Origin: Octopus sinensis
Taxonomy: Eukaryota
Length of the DNA: 64,000 nt
Assembly: GCF_006345805.1 (NCBI RefSeq)
Contig: NC_043012.1
Coordinates: forward strand, 3,286,001-3,350,000
Direction: 5' to 3'
Position 1 is the first letter of the stretch, and each line of letters starts with the position of its first letter. A program made the translations under genes and the position numbers. Shown one piece after another: positions 41,573 to 54,807 of the stretch. The notes beneath the pieces are model-generated. The model was not told where the DNA came from, ran no database searches, and saw nothing but the letters and a program-made list of their open reading frames with translations.

Positions 41573-43010
41573 CGTCTTGGGCACATACCAGTTCCCCCTG
41601 ACCGGGTCTTCCGCTCTCGTCCTCTCTAGGATTTCCTGCATCATCGCCACCGTCCCTTCTCCCACCTTGTCGCCCCAACTCTCCCCCTCCGCTCGTCTCT
41701 TGATGTAACTGCACGCCGTGCGCAGCCATCCAGCGATCGGGTAGTGACCGACCAACTTCCCACACACCTAGAACAACTCCCCCTTCCATCGACTCCGGTG
41801 GCTTCGCAATCAGTCCGAACTTCTCCAGATGTCACACTACCTCGTGGCTGGCACTACTGTTTCGTCCACCAAAATGTCGTCTATGTAGGAACTGGTAGCC
41901 TTTCTAATCTTGTCCTCTTTCCCTGGGACGGACTTAAGCACTGTGCCATGTTCTTCGGAGCAGAATTCAGTCCGAAACCCAGCCTGGTTAAACAGTACGT
42001 CCGGCCCTCGTACCGCACCAGCTGATATCACCACAATTTGTCGCTCACATGGAGCTGCAAGTATACCGATTTCAAGTCGACAATCGTCGCTGCCTTGGTC
42101 GACTGTCTCCACGCACGTAACGTCTCGCCACAAACGTCCGTCGCCTCACCTCCCGTGTGGCACGATATATGCTCGTTTAGCTCCCTGAAGTCCAGCACCG
42201 GTCTGACTTTCCCCATCGTCGGCTGCACCACCGCCATTAGGGGTAGCACTCCGCCCACTACCTCCTCCTCCCAAGGGACAAGGACCACTTCCTCGATCCA
42301 CTTCTCCACCTCGTCTTCAAACTCGCCCTGGCGTGACCTTTCAGAGTATGCTGGCAGCAGCTCACTCTGTTTTTCAGCATCGGGAGCTCGTCCTTCCATC
42401 GCCACTCTATCGTCCACCGCTGACCATCAAACGCCGTCTGAAAATCTTTGTCTTCGATGGTGTAAGCAGCGCAGACTCTCATGGGGCTCTGCTCTCTCTG
42501 GCGATCCAGACTCACAGCGCACGACGCCTCCACGCTTCCGAACGTGACCTCATCTCCCATAATACTGACGCCACCGAGGCGGTTGATGGCGTCCATCCCC
42601 ATCACAACATCAACGCGTTCAGCCACAATTACCTGCAGCCTTAGCGTCGCGCCTCGCACCACTATCTCTACCTTGCTGCTGCCTTTGCAACGGATTTCGC
42701 TGCCGTCGACCGCCCGGACGCTACTTGCCCCATTCCATTTCTTTGTCACCCTTGAAGTCACAAGGGTGGTCGTGCAACCCGTATCCACGAAGGCCTTGAA
42801 CGTCTTCCCCTCGGCCTCGACATCAATTAAGGGCAGCATCTCCAAAAGCGCTTCTACTCGTTTACGGGGAAAGTTCGAGAGGCAGCAACTTCCCCACGGT
42901 CGTAATCACGAGCAATGTGCAATGGGCCCCGGTTGAGTACACTCCCTCGCCATGTGCGATCCCTGACATCTAAAACACCGGCCTGAGAACGGCCGCTATC
43001 GTTGCACGGT
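41573..43010 (-). mobile_element. Gypsy-like LTR retrotransposon internal fragment (gag zinc knuckle, protease, RT), frameshifted
   Basis: CFRCQGSHMAREC knuckle; FKAFVDTGCTTTLV protease; VLPLMAVVQPTMGKVRPVLDFRELN and SYIDDILV RT motifs. Truncated before the RNase H core; no LTRs seen. Confidence 0.88.
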
Positions 43011-43049
43011 AGGCTTCTTCACGTTTTTCTCCGACCGTGGAAAGTGCCG

Positions 43050-43530
43050 TGGATGGGACTTCATGGAAAATTCCGATGATTCTGGGACTTCCTGGAAAGT
43101 TCCGATGATGGAACTTCCTGGGAAATTCCGAGGATTCCCAAGAAGTCCCATTCTCGGAACTTTCCAGGAAATCCTCGGGATTTTCCAGGAAGTCCCATCA
43201 TCGGAACAACCTCGAAATCTCCGGAATTTTCCAAGAAATCCAATCCTCTGAATTTTCCAGGAAGGCCCATCCACGGAATTTTCCAGGAAGTCCCATACTC
43301 AGAATTTTTCTGGAAAGTTCCGAGGATGGATCTTCCTGGAATTTCCTGGAAATGTCCGAAGATAGGGCATTCTTGGAAAGTTCTGAGGATGGGGACTTCG
43401 TGGAAAGTTCCGATTGTTTCCTGGAAAGCTGCAAGGATTGGACTTTCTGGAAGCTCCGAGTTGAGGGACTTCGGGGAAAGTTTCGAGTGTTTCCTGGAAA
43501 GTTGCAAGGATTGGACTTTTGTGGAACTTA
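43050..43530. repeat. Degenerate ~25-bp repeat array with an internal inversion, rich in TTCN3GAA and kB-like motifs
   Basis: Unit resembles gggacttcctggaaagttccgaggat. Orientation flips at about 43140 and again at about 43310. Confidence 0.85.
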
Positions 43531-43875
43531 GGCGCTTCTTCGTTTCCTCATGAAAGAGAAAGTATTTATTTACCTTATCGGAAATGATTTTTCCAGGTCA
43601 AAAAGTGAAAGTGTTTTCCTTTGCAGAAAAGTGAAACTACATTTGTTTGTGTGTGTGTGTGTGATGTGAAAATTCAATGAATCTTTTTTTAAAAATTACA
43701 CATGGTAAACAGATCCAATGTCTTTAAATTAATTGATAGCACAGGCGTTGATATGTGGCTAAAAGCTTGCTCCCAACCACATGGTTCCGAGTTCAGTCCT
43801 ACTGCGTGGCTCCTTAGGCAGGTGTCGTCTGCTATAGCCTCGGACCGACCAAAGCCCTGTGAGTGGATATGTGTG

Positions 43876-43907
<32 letters not shown>

Positions 43908-44852
43908 TGCGTGTGTGTGTGTGTGTGTGTAAGCCTTACTTTTTGTGCCCCCACCACCGCTTGACAAATGGTGTTGGTGTGTTTACGTATCTGCAACTTA
44001 GCCGTTCCGCAAAAAGAAAGAGAAAGAATAAGTATCAGGCGTAACAAAAGATAAGTACTGGGATAGATTCGTGGCCCACGTGAAACTGTCTAAATCAGAA
44101 TTTGTGTGCGATGAGGACCAACGAATATTGCGTTTATTTCCCCCTTTTTTGTCCAATTCCATAGCACTTCAATGTAATTTTATAGTTGCCGGCGTAAATG
44201 GATCAACATCACCATATGACACCTTATGTGCCTTTAACGGAGTCTGTTCTTTTGCAAGCATTCAGGACATATCTTCAATTTGAAGATACCTTCTTTCCTC
44301 CCTCCTAAAAGTCTAGGAGGCCCTGTAGAGGGTAATTTGCCCAGCCTTGTCTCCTGATTAAAAGATTTCTTTTAAAATCTGGTGCAGCCAGAAGTCGTCT
44401 CAAACCAATTCAAGATTTCCAACTATTAATTGTTCTAATTCTATTAAGATTCGATACACTTGGGTAGTTAACAGTTATGTTTTTTTTTTTCACATTGGTT
44501 AGGAATGTAATTAAAATATTTGGTGGTTTTAACTCCAATGGATGCTAGGAATATTTAGCTATTTTACTATAGTTCTTCGGTGGTTTCCTTTCGTAGGAAA
44601 ACACTTCCTTGCAAAAAGTGAAATTTTGGTGGGTTAGGGCAGGGAAACACGTGCTTTTAACGAGGCAAATACTTACACTTTTATGAGGGTTTGGGAAAAA
44701 GTGCCATTCTTTAACTCTTTAATATACCAGCTTCTTCTAGTACTACAAGTGACCTCTGCTTTTCAGACTTGGCTGCTTGTGCTATCTTCACCTTTGCACT
44801 CTCCATTCATCTTTATTTTTTTCGTCTCCCATAATCTCCTTTCTTCATCCCC

Positions 44853-44993
44853 CAGGGCCGGCTCAAGGTACCGATAATTTAGGCAGTCGCCCAGGGCGCT
44901 ATGTGTTGGGGCGCGTCAAGGAGGCGTGACAAATACAAGGAAATTTACACCTTCAGCTTGTCCAGGGTGCCAGCAACTCTAGGGCCGGCCCTG
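44853..44993. mobile_element. MITE with CAGGGCCGGC TIRs
   Basis: cagggccggc...gccggccctg; flanks ttcatcccc / ttcattccc look like an 8-9 bp TSD with one mismatch. Confidence 0.75.
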
Positions 44994-45080
44994 TTCATTC
45001 CCCAGGTACGTACTAACGGCTACGATGAATTCCTCCTCTCCTAGAACTCTCTGTAAGTCCCTAACTATACATTTTCTTAC

Positions 45081-45210
45081 CTGGAACTGTTGACTTGTAA
45101 ACTGTTCAGGCGAAAAGAAAACCACGTCGATCTCACTGGTTTCGAAGGTCACAGACACGGTCCCGTTCCTCTGCATTGGAATCAGCAACAGCAAGTCCGC
45201 TCCCCCTCCC
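45081..45210 (-). other. Candidate first exon of the minus-strand transcription unit
   Basis: Unique CpG-rich segment ending in a strong donor CAG|gtaaga (minus strand, 45080), oriented divergently from INTS14. The 5' boundary is a guess. Confidence 0.4.
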
Positions 45211-45559
45211 CCGATTCTTTTTGTATCTTCATTTTATTGAAAATAAGTTGAAACACTCGTTAGAAATATAATCTAAAATAGTGCATTGTATAAGTGGCAC
45301 GGTTACGTTTATGTTTTAAAAAACCCCATAAAATTGAAAAATTGGTTACATTCACTAGGAAATCAAAAAGAAAATAATTTTTTTATAGTGGGGAATCGAT
45401 AAATTAAACTTTATTGCCTTCACGGTGTTTACCGTTTTACAAAATCAAACTAGAAAACTGGACAAAATAGAGGACACAATTGGAAAAATGAAAAAGAAAA
45501 AAAAACAAAACAATTCATCACTTTGGGTTGAAAAGTTGGGGGCGCTGGGAAACCTCTCT

Positions 45560-46400
45560 AATGGCTATTGAGACACGCCAGCACACTTGCAGCTTGCCGT
45601 GGGTGATGGCGAGGCCTATGCGCTGAAACAGCCAAGTGCCCTCTCGAGCCTCACCAGTCACCTTTGTAAGGCTTAGTTGCCAGTGAAGACAGGAATCTCG
45701 CAGTTAGTGGTCCAAACTCACCAAACGTCTCGAACGCCACAGGATGGAAAATGTAGTTGGCCGACAGATCGCGGTGTTTCAGGATTTTTTTCCGCTCGGC
45801 CACAGAAGCTGACGATCTCGCCCTGAACGCCGCATCCAGGATGTGAGAAGAAGCAAAAGAGTTGCTAACTGTGATATCCCAGACGAGGCATCTGCCTTGC
45901 GACCTGGGGCACAGGGTGAAGCTGTCAGGTCTCTTCCGATCACATCTGGACAATCCAGATGGTTCTATGATGGAGGGGATGTTTGCCCGGGCTAAGCTCC
46001 TCTTGAATATCATGTTCAACTCCGCATGATACACGAAGCGACCAGCATTCAGGAGGCAAGGCTATGGAGGCCCGTGGAGTCGAGGAGCCTGTCACAACGA
46101 CAGATCAAACCCGTGCATACGTCAGCTCCCACTCTGAGGGCAATGGAGACTCGAAGTTCGTCCAACCTGAGTAGGCCACCAACATTAGCCACAGAGATGG
46201 CATCAATCCAGTCACCTGCGTATTTGGTGCTAGCAGACAGTAAGCGGCACCTTGAAAACTGGTCCCGTTGAATGAAGAGGGAGTTGAAGGTGGCCTTCGA
46301 AATTACGTTGTCTCAAGCTCTCTTACTCCGACAGTCCTCCACCTTCTCAGGAGCAGACAAGCCCAATTCCCTACAGTTTTGGAGAGCTTCATCTAACTCC
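45560..46400 (-). mobile_element. CRE-clade-like non-LTR retrotransposon 3' fragment with restriction-like endonuclease
   Basis: ELRVSIALRVG..VC..LICRC...LDSTGLH zinc-knuckle region, then KRPD, LVWDITV, AERKK and FHPVAFETFGEFG motifs. Confidence 0.8.
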
Positions 46401-46949
46401 CTGTTCATTAATTCCAATTTTCGCACCAATTAGTTTAATCGTAGATTAAACTGGTCAAACTAAAGGGTTTGACCTGAGCCAAAAAAAAAAAAAAAAAAAG
46501 AAAAAATAGTGTAATAGGTCTAAGTTGAAACCCTCATTTCACCTTTAGTTTGACCATTAAACTTCCCTCTAATATTTTTATAAACAAAGTCTTCCGATTT
46601 TTATTTTATTTGTTTGTTATTTGAACATCAACAAAACATCTCAGAATCTGCATTATTTGGATTTAAAAAAAGAAAGTTTTTATTTCAATTTTTTTTTCAA
46701 ATCAGAAACTGATTAGATTAAGAGGATTTAAGGATATGTATGTATGTATGTATATACACAATACGAACAACTTTCGTTTGCATTTGAAGAGTATTAATAT
46801 ATTTCCTTTGCATTTGAAATTACATTTTCATCTCTAATAAGCTGAAATTTAAAATTTTCACAATGTTAGACATTTTTTAAAATCCCAAATATAAGCAAAA
46901 TATATTTATACACTTTAACTGTAAATCGCCAAACCCTAACTAGTTTCTG

Positions 46950-47011
<62 letters not shown>

Positions 47012-47559
47012 CATATTTATATATATATGTAGGTGAGAGAGTTGGTGTGTGTTACAGATTCTGAAACTTTGATTATCGCAACAAATAACTGAAGACCGTT
47101 CTTTGTGGGGTTTCTTTTTCTTTTTTTAATAAAATAAAATGTTAGAACGGATGTTAACAACATTCACGGTTAAAGGTGAGATGACAACCAAGAAACGAAA
47201 CCTTAAAAATTATTTCTGGCAACTGTAGAAGTCTGATAGTTAAACAAAAAGGAAAGTTGGATGCTGTGCTATTCAATCCTTCCAGAAAACAACACACGAA
47301 GAAAACCGCACAAAGCGCAATACGAAAATACCTCGAATAATACGAAAGACGGTGAATATTATTTTTATGCTGCACGAAAATATTAGTCCTTTAAAAATAA
47401 TTTAAGTTATTAAGTCTGACGATATATGCAAATATTTCAAATAATCCGAGAATCTATTTTAGTTAATTTTTACATCTTTAATAACAGGAATTATTCTTTC
47501 GTAATATATTTTACATTTTATGGTTGAGATTTAGTTAGGTTGCCGGAACAAAATAATGT

Positions 47560-47700
47560 TGACAAAATAGTCTCGTTTTAAAGAATACTGGCGGAAGATC
47601 GTAGATTCAAAGAGGCATGGATTTTATGGAGAAGCAATGATTTTGTAAATTTTCCCCCTCTTTTTAAATTATTCTAGATACCATATCACCAGATTTTATT
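47560..47700 (+). other. Candidate non-coding first exon / promoter of INTS14
   Basis: The acceptor just before the INTS14 ATG implies an upstream UTR exon. This unique, CpG-containing segment has GCCGGAA and GGCGGAAG (ETS-like) motifs and ends at a consensus donor ATT|gtaagt (47701). The 5' boundary is a guess. Confidence 0.35.
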
Positions 47701-47880
47701 GTAAGTAATACTGCTTCATTAAACGTCAAACATTTATTATATTTTTGTAACTTTATATACATATATATAAGTCACTTCGGCTTATTCTGGTTGAATGTAA
47801 TCATTAATGCGATAGAAAAAAGATGATTAAACTCTACCGCGTGTATTGAGTACTGCTTCAATCTGTACATCAAACGTGTT

Positions 47881-47921
<41 letters not shown>

Positions 47922-48458
47922 ATATATGCGTGTGTTCTTTTAACACTTGTGCAAAGTTGTTGGTGATTGTAGATTTAATAGACTTCACATAGATTTAATA
48001 TTTATATTTAATAGGAAGGCGGCGAGCTGGTAGAGTCGTTAGCATAACGGGTAAAATGTTTAGCGGCATTTCATACGTCTTTAAGTTCCGAGATCAAATT
48101 CTGCCAAGGTCGTTTTTGTCTTTCATTCTTTCAGGGTCGATAAAGTAAGTACCAGCTGAACACTGGCCCAGTGCCAAAATCTGAAGCCAATATTAATGGA
48201 TTATCAGTTGATGGCTCAGTGCGAACGATCTGTTTATAGATGTACGAGAGATAATTTCTTTTTTAAATCGATTATCAATTGACAATGCATTTCTTGTATA
48301 TAACAAGAATATGAAACAGAAAGTATTTATTACTCGTATATTAAAAAAATAAATCACCTTTTATTCAATATCTCAAACAAAATACGCGACAGTTTTATTA
48401 ATTATAGGGATTTTTTTTCAATGAGGAAAATAAGATCTCGTTTTGATCTAATATTTGC

Positions 48459-48509
<51 letters not shown>

Positions 48510-48606
48510 GTGTGTGTGTGTATATATGTGTGTGTGTGTATATATATATGTGTGTGTGTGTATATATATATGTGTGTGTGTGTATATATATATGTGTGTG
48601 TATATA

Positions 48607-48637
<31 letters not shown>

Positions 48638-48712
48638 ATATATGTGTGTGTGTATATATGTATGTTTATAAATGTATGTGTATATATGTATGTGTATATA
48701 TGTATGTATATA

Positions 48713-48757
<45 letters not shown>

Positions 48758-49547
48758 GTCTTGGGAGAGTCGTTATACCAATATTGACAAACAAAAACAA
48801 AACAAATGACTTACTGTTTAACCAAATTAAACAAACAATCGATTAGTTAGTCAGGGTTTTTAACCAATTGACAATTAAAAGGAGTGGAAAATATTGGTAT
48901 AATAACTCTCTCTAGACAAAACAAAGTTTGTTTCAACACACGAATTCACATAAAGAATCTTGCAAACCAGATACAAACACGAAATATATGTATTCCTTTG
49001 TCTTTTACATGTTTCAGCCATTAGACTTAGGACATGCTAAAGCACTTCATCGAAGAATTTTAATCGAATGAATCGACCCCAGAACTTATTTTTGTTAAAT
49101 CTCGTTTGACGAACCGCCAAGTTAGGGAAACGTAAACACGCTAACACCGGTTGTCAAGCGATGGTGGTGGACAAACACACACACCACGACGGGCTCCTTT
49201 CAGTTTCCTCCACCAAATCCACTCACAAAGCTTTGGTCAGCCCGAGACTATAATCGAAGACACTTTGTCCAAAGTGCCACACTATATTAGTTCATTTATT
49301 TTCAAGGAATTGAAGACCAAACGCGCTAGTGTTCATTTACACATGCGCGCGCATGCACTCTCAACATATGACATTTTTACTATCTCTATTCCAATGATGG
49401 AACTTTGTATCTTTATCAGAAACCAGCTCGCTCCCTTCAAGCAAACTTCAAATAATTGAAAACAGAAGAAAACATACATAAAGTATATATAAGGGAGATA
49501 ACTCATGTTGTTCATATGTCTCTCGGAACGGTCTTTTTTTTTTTTTG

Positions 49548-49803
49548 CCAAATAAACACACGCACTATATATATTCGTTCTTCACTCGTTTATTACTGTT
49601 CTTATTCTAATTCATGTCCGGAAATCTTTTGTCACACATCTGTGACCTCCTCAGCGACACTTTCCGTCTTGGTGTGTGCTTTTGCTCTGCGGAAAGTGTC
49701 GCTCAGATGTGTGACGAAAGATTTCCGGACAGTGGACATGAATTAGAATAAGAACAATAATAAACGAGTGAAGAACGAATATATAGTGCGAGTGTTTATT
49801 TGG
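49548..49803. repeat. Inverted repeat (arms about 115 bp, 23-nt loop), MITE-like
   Basis: ccaaataaacac...cagcgacactttccg / cggaaagtgtcgct...gtgtttatttgg, with two small indels between the arms. Confidence 0.85.
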
Positions 49804-50424
49804 AGTAAAAAAAATGACATAACCGAAATACAACAATATCTGTTTCAACACACGACTTCACATCAGGAATCTTGCAACACAAATTCATGTCATTCAGTTT
49901 GAATCCTATAAATTAATTCTATTTTCTGTCAATGGTAGTTGTGCCACATTGGCGATTATTGCATCATTTACTCCAACCCACCTGTTTTAATTGTCTCAAT
50001 AATATATATATCGTGGCTGTGTGGTAAGTAGCTTGTTTACCAACCACATGGTTCTGGGTTCAGTCCCACTGCGTGGCACCTTGGGCAAGTGTCTTCTACT
50101 ATAGCCTCGGACCGACCAAAGCCTTGTGAGTGGATTTGGTAGATGGAAACTGAAAGAATCCCGTCGTATATATGTATATATATATATATATGCGTGTGTG
50201 TATTTGTGTGTCTGTGTTTGTCCCCCTAGCATTGCTTGACAACTGATGCTGGTCTGTTTATGTCCCCGTTACTTAGCGGTTCGGCAAAAGAGACCGATAG
50301 AATAAGTACTGGGCTTACAAAAGAATAAGTCCCAGGGTCGAGTTGCTCGATTAAAGGCGGTGCTCCAGCATGGCCGCAGTCAAATGACTGAAACAAGTAA
50401 AAGATTAATATCAAAAACGTTGAC

Positions 50425-50640
50425 GATTCCAGATATCTTGGATCTTACATAGCAGACTCCCAAGAAGACTTTCGCATCCACAAAGCTCTTGCTTGGGATG
50501 CATGTAACAGACTTGATAAGATCTGGTACTCAAACCTTCCACCCACGTTAAAAGTTAAAATATTTAGAACACTGATTGAACCAGTCTTTCTCTATGGATC
50601 AGAGACCTGGACCTTATCGGCTCTGTTAGAAAAACAACTA
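50425..50640 (+). mobile_element. RTE-type LINE RT C-terminal fragment
   Basis: DDSRYLGSYIADS..DFRIHKALAWDACNRLDKIW...KVKIFRTLIEPVFLYGSETWTLS. Confidence 0.75.
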
Positions 50641-51605
50641 TATATACAGATATGGAAATAATTTTATTCTCAAATGCAGGATAATACTAATAATATAGCA
50701 TGAACAGGATAAACTATCCATATTTTGCAGAAAAATATGGATAGTTTATCCTGTTCATGCTATATTATTATCATTATCTTGCATTTGAGAATAAAATTTA
50801 TTCCTCATCTGTATCTTTCAATACATCTCAGTGCTTCTAACGCAAACTTTCAACATAAGTTGAATTTAATACACACACACATACATACACACATCGAGCT
50901 TCTTTCAGTTTCTGTCTACTGAAAGTAGACTTGGTTGGCCCAGGGCTATAGTAGAAAGCTCTTGTCCAAGGTACCACACAGTGAGATTGAACCCGGAACC
51001 ATGTGGTTGGGAAGCAACCTTCTTACTACACAGCCATGCCTGCACCTATATATAGACATTATGTCTGATACTGTAATAATTATGCCATTCTTTTCATTCC
51101 TTTGTGATAAGTAATAAGCATCAGCAGCAGCTATGAAGATTGATGAGGGCATGTTTAACCTTTTCGTTACTGTCCTTTGAGATGCTCTGTGTTTCTTTCT
51201 GTTACTTTAAATACAACAAAGAATTTAGTAAACTAACTTAGTTATCATTAAGTTAGTGTTAGGAACATAAATTGTGACTAAGGTTTGGTGGAAGATTTTA
51301 ATACAAAACTTATGAAAACAAGACATTTGTACTACAAAGCCATCACTAGCATTAGGCATATGAGAGGTAAATTGTGAGATCCAGTGACACAGTGAGAAGG
51401 TTGTCTAAGATCTATCCACACAAGCAGAAGGATGTAGATTTAATCAAGATCAACTATTTCAGTTTATACAAGTATGATTTATCTTAGGCATGGAAGCATT
51501 TCTATATTTGCATTTTTGCTGTTGTGTTTTTAAAATGTATAGTGAAGTTATCTTGGTTGTTTATATTAACTTTTGACTTTATGTTTGTAATCTACAGCTG
51601 CCACC

Positions 51606-51767
51606 ATGCCAACGATCATCCTTCTGGATGGCTCATTATCAATGAGCCGTCCTGTGAACCTGCCTGAGTTTACAGAAGAAGTACAGAGGAGACATCTAGC
51701 TATACAAGGAATTAATACTTTACTGGATTATATGGGAACCAATTGTAAATTAGAATTTACATCTCTT
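51606..51767 (+). CDS. INTS14: Integrator complex subunit 14 (VWA9), first coding exon
   Basis: Encodes MPTIILLDGSLSMSRPVNLPEFTEEVQRRHLAIQGINTLLDYMGTNCKLEFTSL, recognisably similar to the vertebrate INTS14 N-terminus as I recall it (MPTVVVMDVSLSMTRPV...KLEFTAL). Kozak GCCACCATG; acceptor tctacag ending 51597; donor gtaaga at 51768; 162 nt, phase 0. Confidence 0.95.
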
Positions 51768-54700
51768 GTAAGATCCTTCTACATTTCAATAGCTTTTATT
51801 TTTCTGATGTGTGTGTATGTCTCAACATTGTCATCATCTTTTAATATCCATTTCTCTATGCTTCTTTGGAACAGGCAAAAATTGAGGCAGGTGATTTTTC
51901 TATGGTTGGTTGTCCTTCTTTTCACAACCCTCACCTGTTTCCAAGCAAAGCAATATTTCCACCACCACCAGATATTTTTTCCACAGAAGACTGGAAAAAC
52001 AGCCTTGCTTGTATCACAATGATGCTCATTTACAAACATGATGTCAAGACAAGGGTACAGTCTAATATACATGCACACACACACACACACACACATATAT
52101 GATGGGCTTCTTTCAGTTTCCATTTATCAAATCCACTCACAAAGCTTATTTGGCTTGGGGCTACAGCAGAAGACACTTGTACAAAGTACTGTACAGTGGG
52201 ATTGAACTTGAGACCACATAGTTGGGTAGCAAGCTTCTTAGTCACACAACCATCATGCCTATATCATCATCATCATCATCGTTTAACGTCCGTTTTCCAT
52301 GCTAGCATGGGATGGATGGTTCGACCGGGATCTGGGAAGCCAGGAGGCTGCACCAGGCTCCAGTCTGATCTGGCAGTGTTTCTAACGCCAACCACTCCGT
52401 GAGTGTAGTGGGTGCCAGGGGAGGCTGGCAGCAGACACAATCAGTTGGTGCTTTTTTCGTGCCACCAGCACGGAAGCCAGTCAAGGTGGCAATGGCATCA
52501 GCCACGTTCGGATGGTGCTTTTTACATGCCACCGGTACAGGTATCACAACTACAATTTCCATTTGATTTTTATTTTGATGTTGATGTACTTGACTCAATA
52601 GGTCTCCTCTAGCACAGCAGGTCACTCTACGTTCCATGGTAAGCACAGCAGGCTGTCCTGTGATCCAAGGTACTTTAGATGGACTGGGGCTGCTATGTGA
52701 AGCTGGTGTGGGAAACAGCCAAGATATATATATATATATATATATATATTCTTTTACTTGTTTCAGTCATTTGATTGTGGCCATGCTGGGGCAATGCCTT
52801 TAGTCGAGCAAATTGAACCCAGGACTTATTCTTTGTATGCCTAGTACTTATTCTATCGGTCTCTTTTACTGAACCACTTAGTCAAAGGGCTGTAAATACA
52901 CCAGCATTGTTTGTCAAGTGATGTTGGGGGGACAAACACAGACACACAAACACACACACATATACAATGGGCTTCTTTCAGTTTCTGTCTATCAAATCCA
53001 CTCACAAGGATTTGGTCAGCCCAAGGCTATAGTAGAAGACTCTTGCCAAAGGTGCCATGGCATGGGACTGAACCCGGGACCATGTGGTTGGTAAGCCAGC
53101 TACTTACCACACAGCCACTCCTGCACCTTGTACAAGAAGTGCCAAGCAATCTAAATAGATAGATTTTATGGGAAAGGGCAACTAAGACCAAGGAAGGTAG
53201 AAGAAGGAATGGTAAAGACTGATCTCAAGAAGTTTAGTCTCATGAAAGAGGTGTCAGATGACTATGACAGTTAGCAAAACGCTATGCCAGAGAGGGACTG
53301 CCCAACTTATACAAGGAAAACTATATAAAACTGAAGATGATATTGATGAAGATTAAGGTTTTAATATTTACATTTAAGTCTCTCTCACTTATTATACTTC
53401 TAGTATTCTATTTCTTTCCCATCACACTGCTTGCAAAACAAGGGATGTCAACACATTGACTTTGTATTCAATCCTCTCCCTTGCCATAATCTGTTTCTAT
53501 TGCTATCCATCACTTTTTTCCATTATTCCCTCATCTATTGCTCATTATCAATATCCCTCATCTTTGTCTCTCTCTCTCATTGTTCCTTCTTCTTTCATCT
53601 TTTCATTTTCTTTACCCCCATCATCATCATCATCATCATCGTTTAGCGTCCGCTTTCCATGCTAGCATGGGTTTGATGGTTCAACTGGGGCCTGGGAAGC
53701 CAGAAGGCTGCACCAGGCCCAGTCTGATCTGGCAATGTTTCTACGGCTGGATGCCCTTCCTAACGCCAACGACTCTGTGAGTGTAGTGGGTGCTTTTTAC
53801 GTGCCACCGGCACAGGTGCCAGATGAGGCTGGCAAACGGCCACAATCAGATGATGCTTTTTACGTGCCACATTTTGGTAACGACCACATTCGGATGGTTC
53901 TCTTATGTGCCACCGGCACTGGTATCACAGCTACAATTTCCATTGTTGTCAAACACGATTGCTGGAAACATCCAGGAAGATTGGCTTGGATGTTTAATAT
54001 TTACTTTTAGATTTCCCTTGCTTAGTTTGCTTTTATTCAAGTTTCTCACTAACAACCAGCATATATAACAGTCTATCACACTATCTCTCTCTCTCTCTCT
54101 TCTGTCACTGTCTCATTCCGGTCACTCTTCTATCAATTCCTTTTTCTCACTCTATGCCACATTATGTGGCAGGAGATAGCAATGCATGGTTGTCAACTCT
54201 GCCACTCCCCTATTGCCAGCTGACTAGTTTACCTTGCCCATTTTGACAACAGACGAACAGCCAGTGACAGTCTTAGTCTCATATGTTATTGTACCTACAA
54301 CATTGGCTGAACTAGCAAAGAGGACATGCCCTTTAAATTTGGCAGACAGCACCTAGGATTATCAGCTGCTCATTTACTATTACACCTGAAAAAGAGCCCT
54401 TCTCAATGAACCAGGCATTGTAGAGAAAGGATGATACACTGTTTAAAAACTTCCTACCATATCTTGTAGTGCCATGGAGACATCAACACTATCTGACTCT
54501 CTCTATGGACATATACTCAGTCACGTTCATAACCATTTAGTCAAGCAAATTCACCCCAGGACTTATTCTTTGTAAGCTTAGTCCCTTTTGCTGAACCACT
54601 AAGTTACAAGGACGTAAACACACTAGCATTGTTTGTCAGGCAATGTTGGGGGAACAAACACAGGCACACAAGCATGGTATTAAAGGGGACACTACACTAC

Positions 54701-54807
54701 CTCTCTATAAAACTCCCTACTATACCAGGCTGCCCCCTGTGGATGAGTTAAGGCAACTTCTTTTTACCCAGAAATATGTATATCTTTTTTTTTCTTTATG
54801 CACTCAG

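Noticed and set aside
54643-54807. N-terminal extension of the ORF covering INTS14 exon 2
   Set aside because: Intronic SINE-derived read-through; INTS14 similarity begins exactly at the acceptor.
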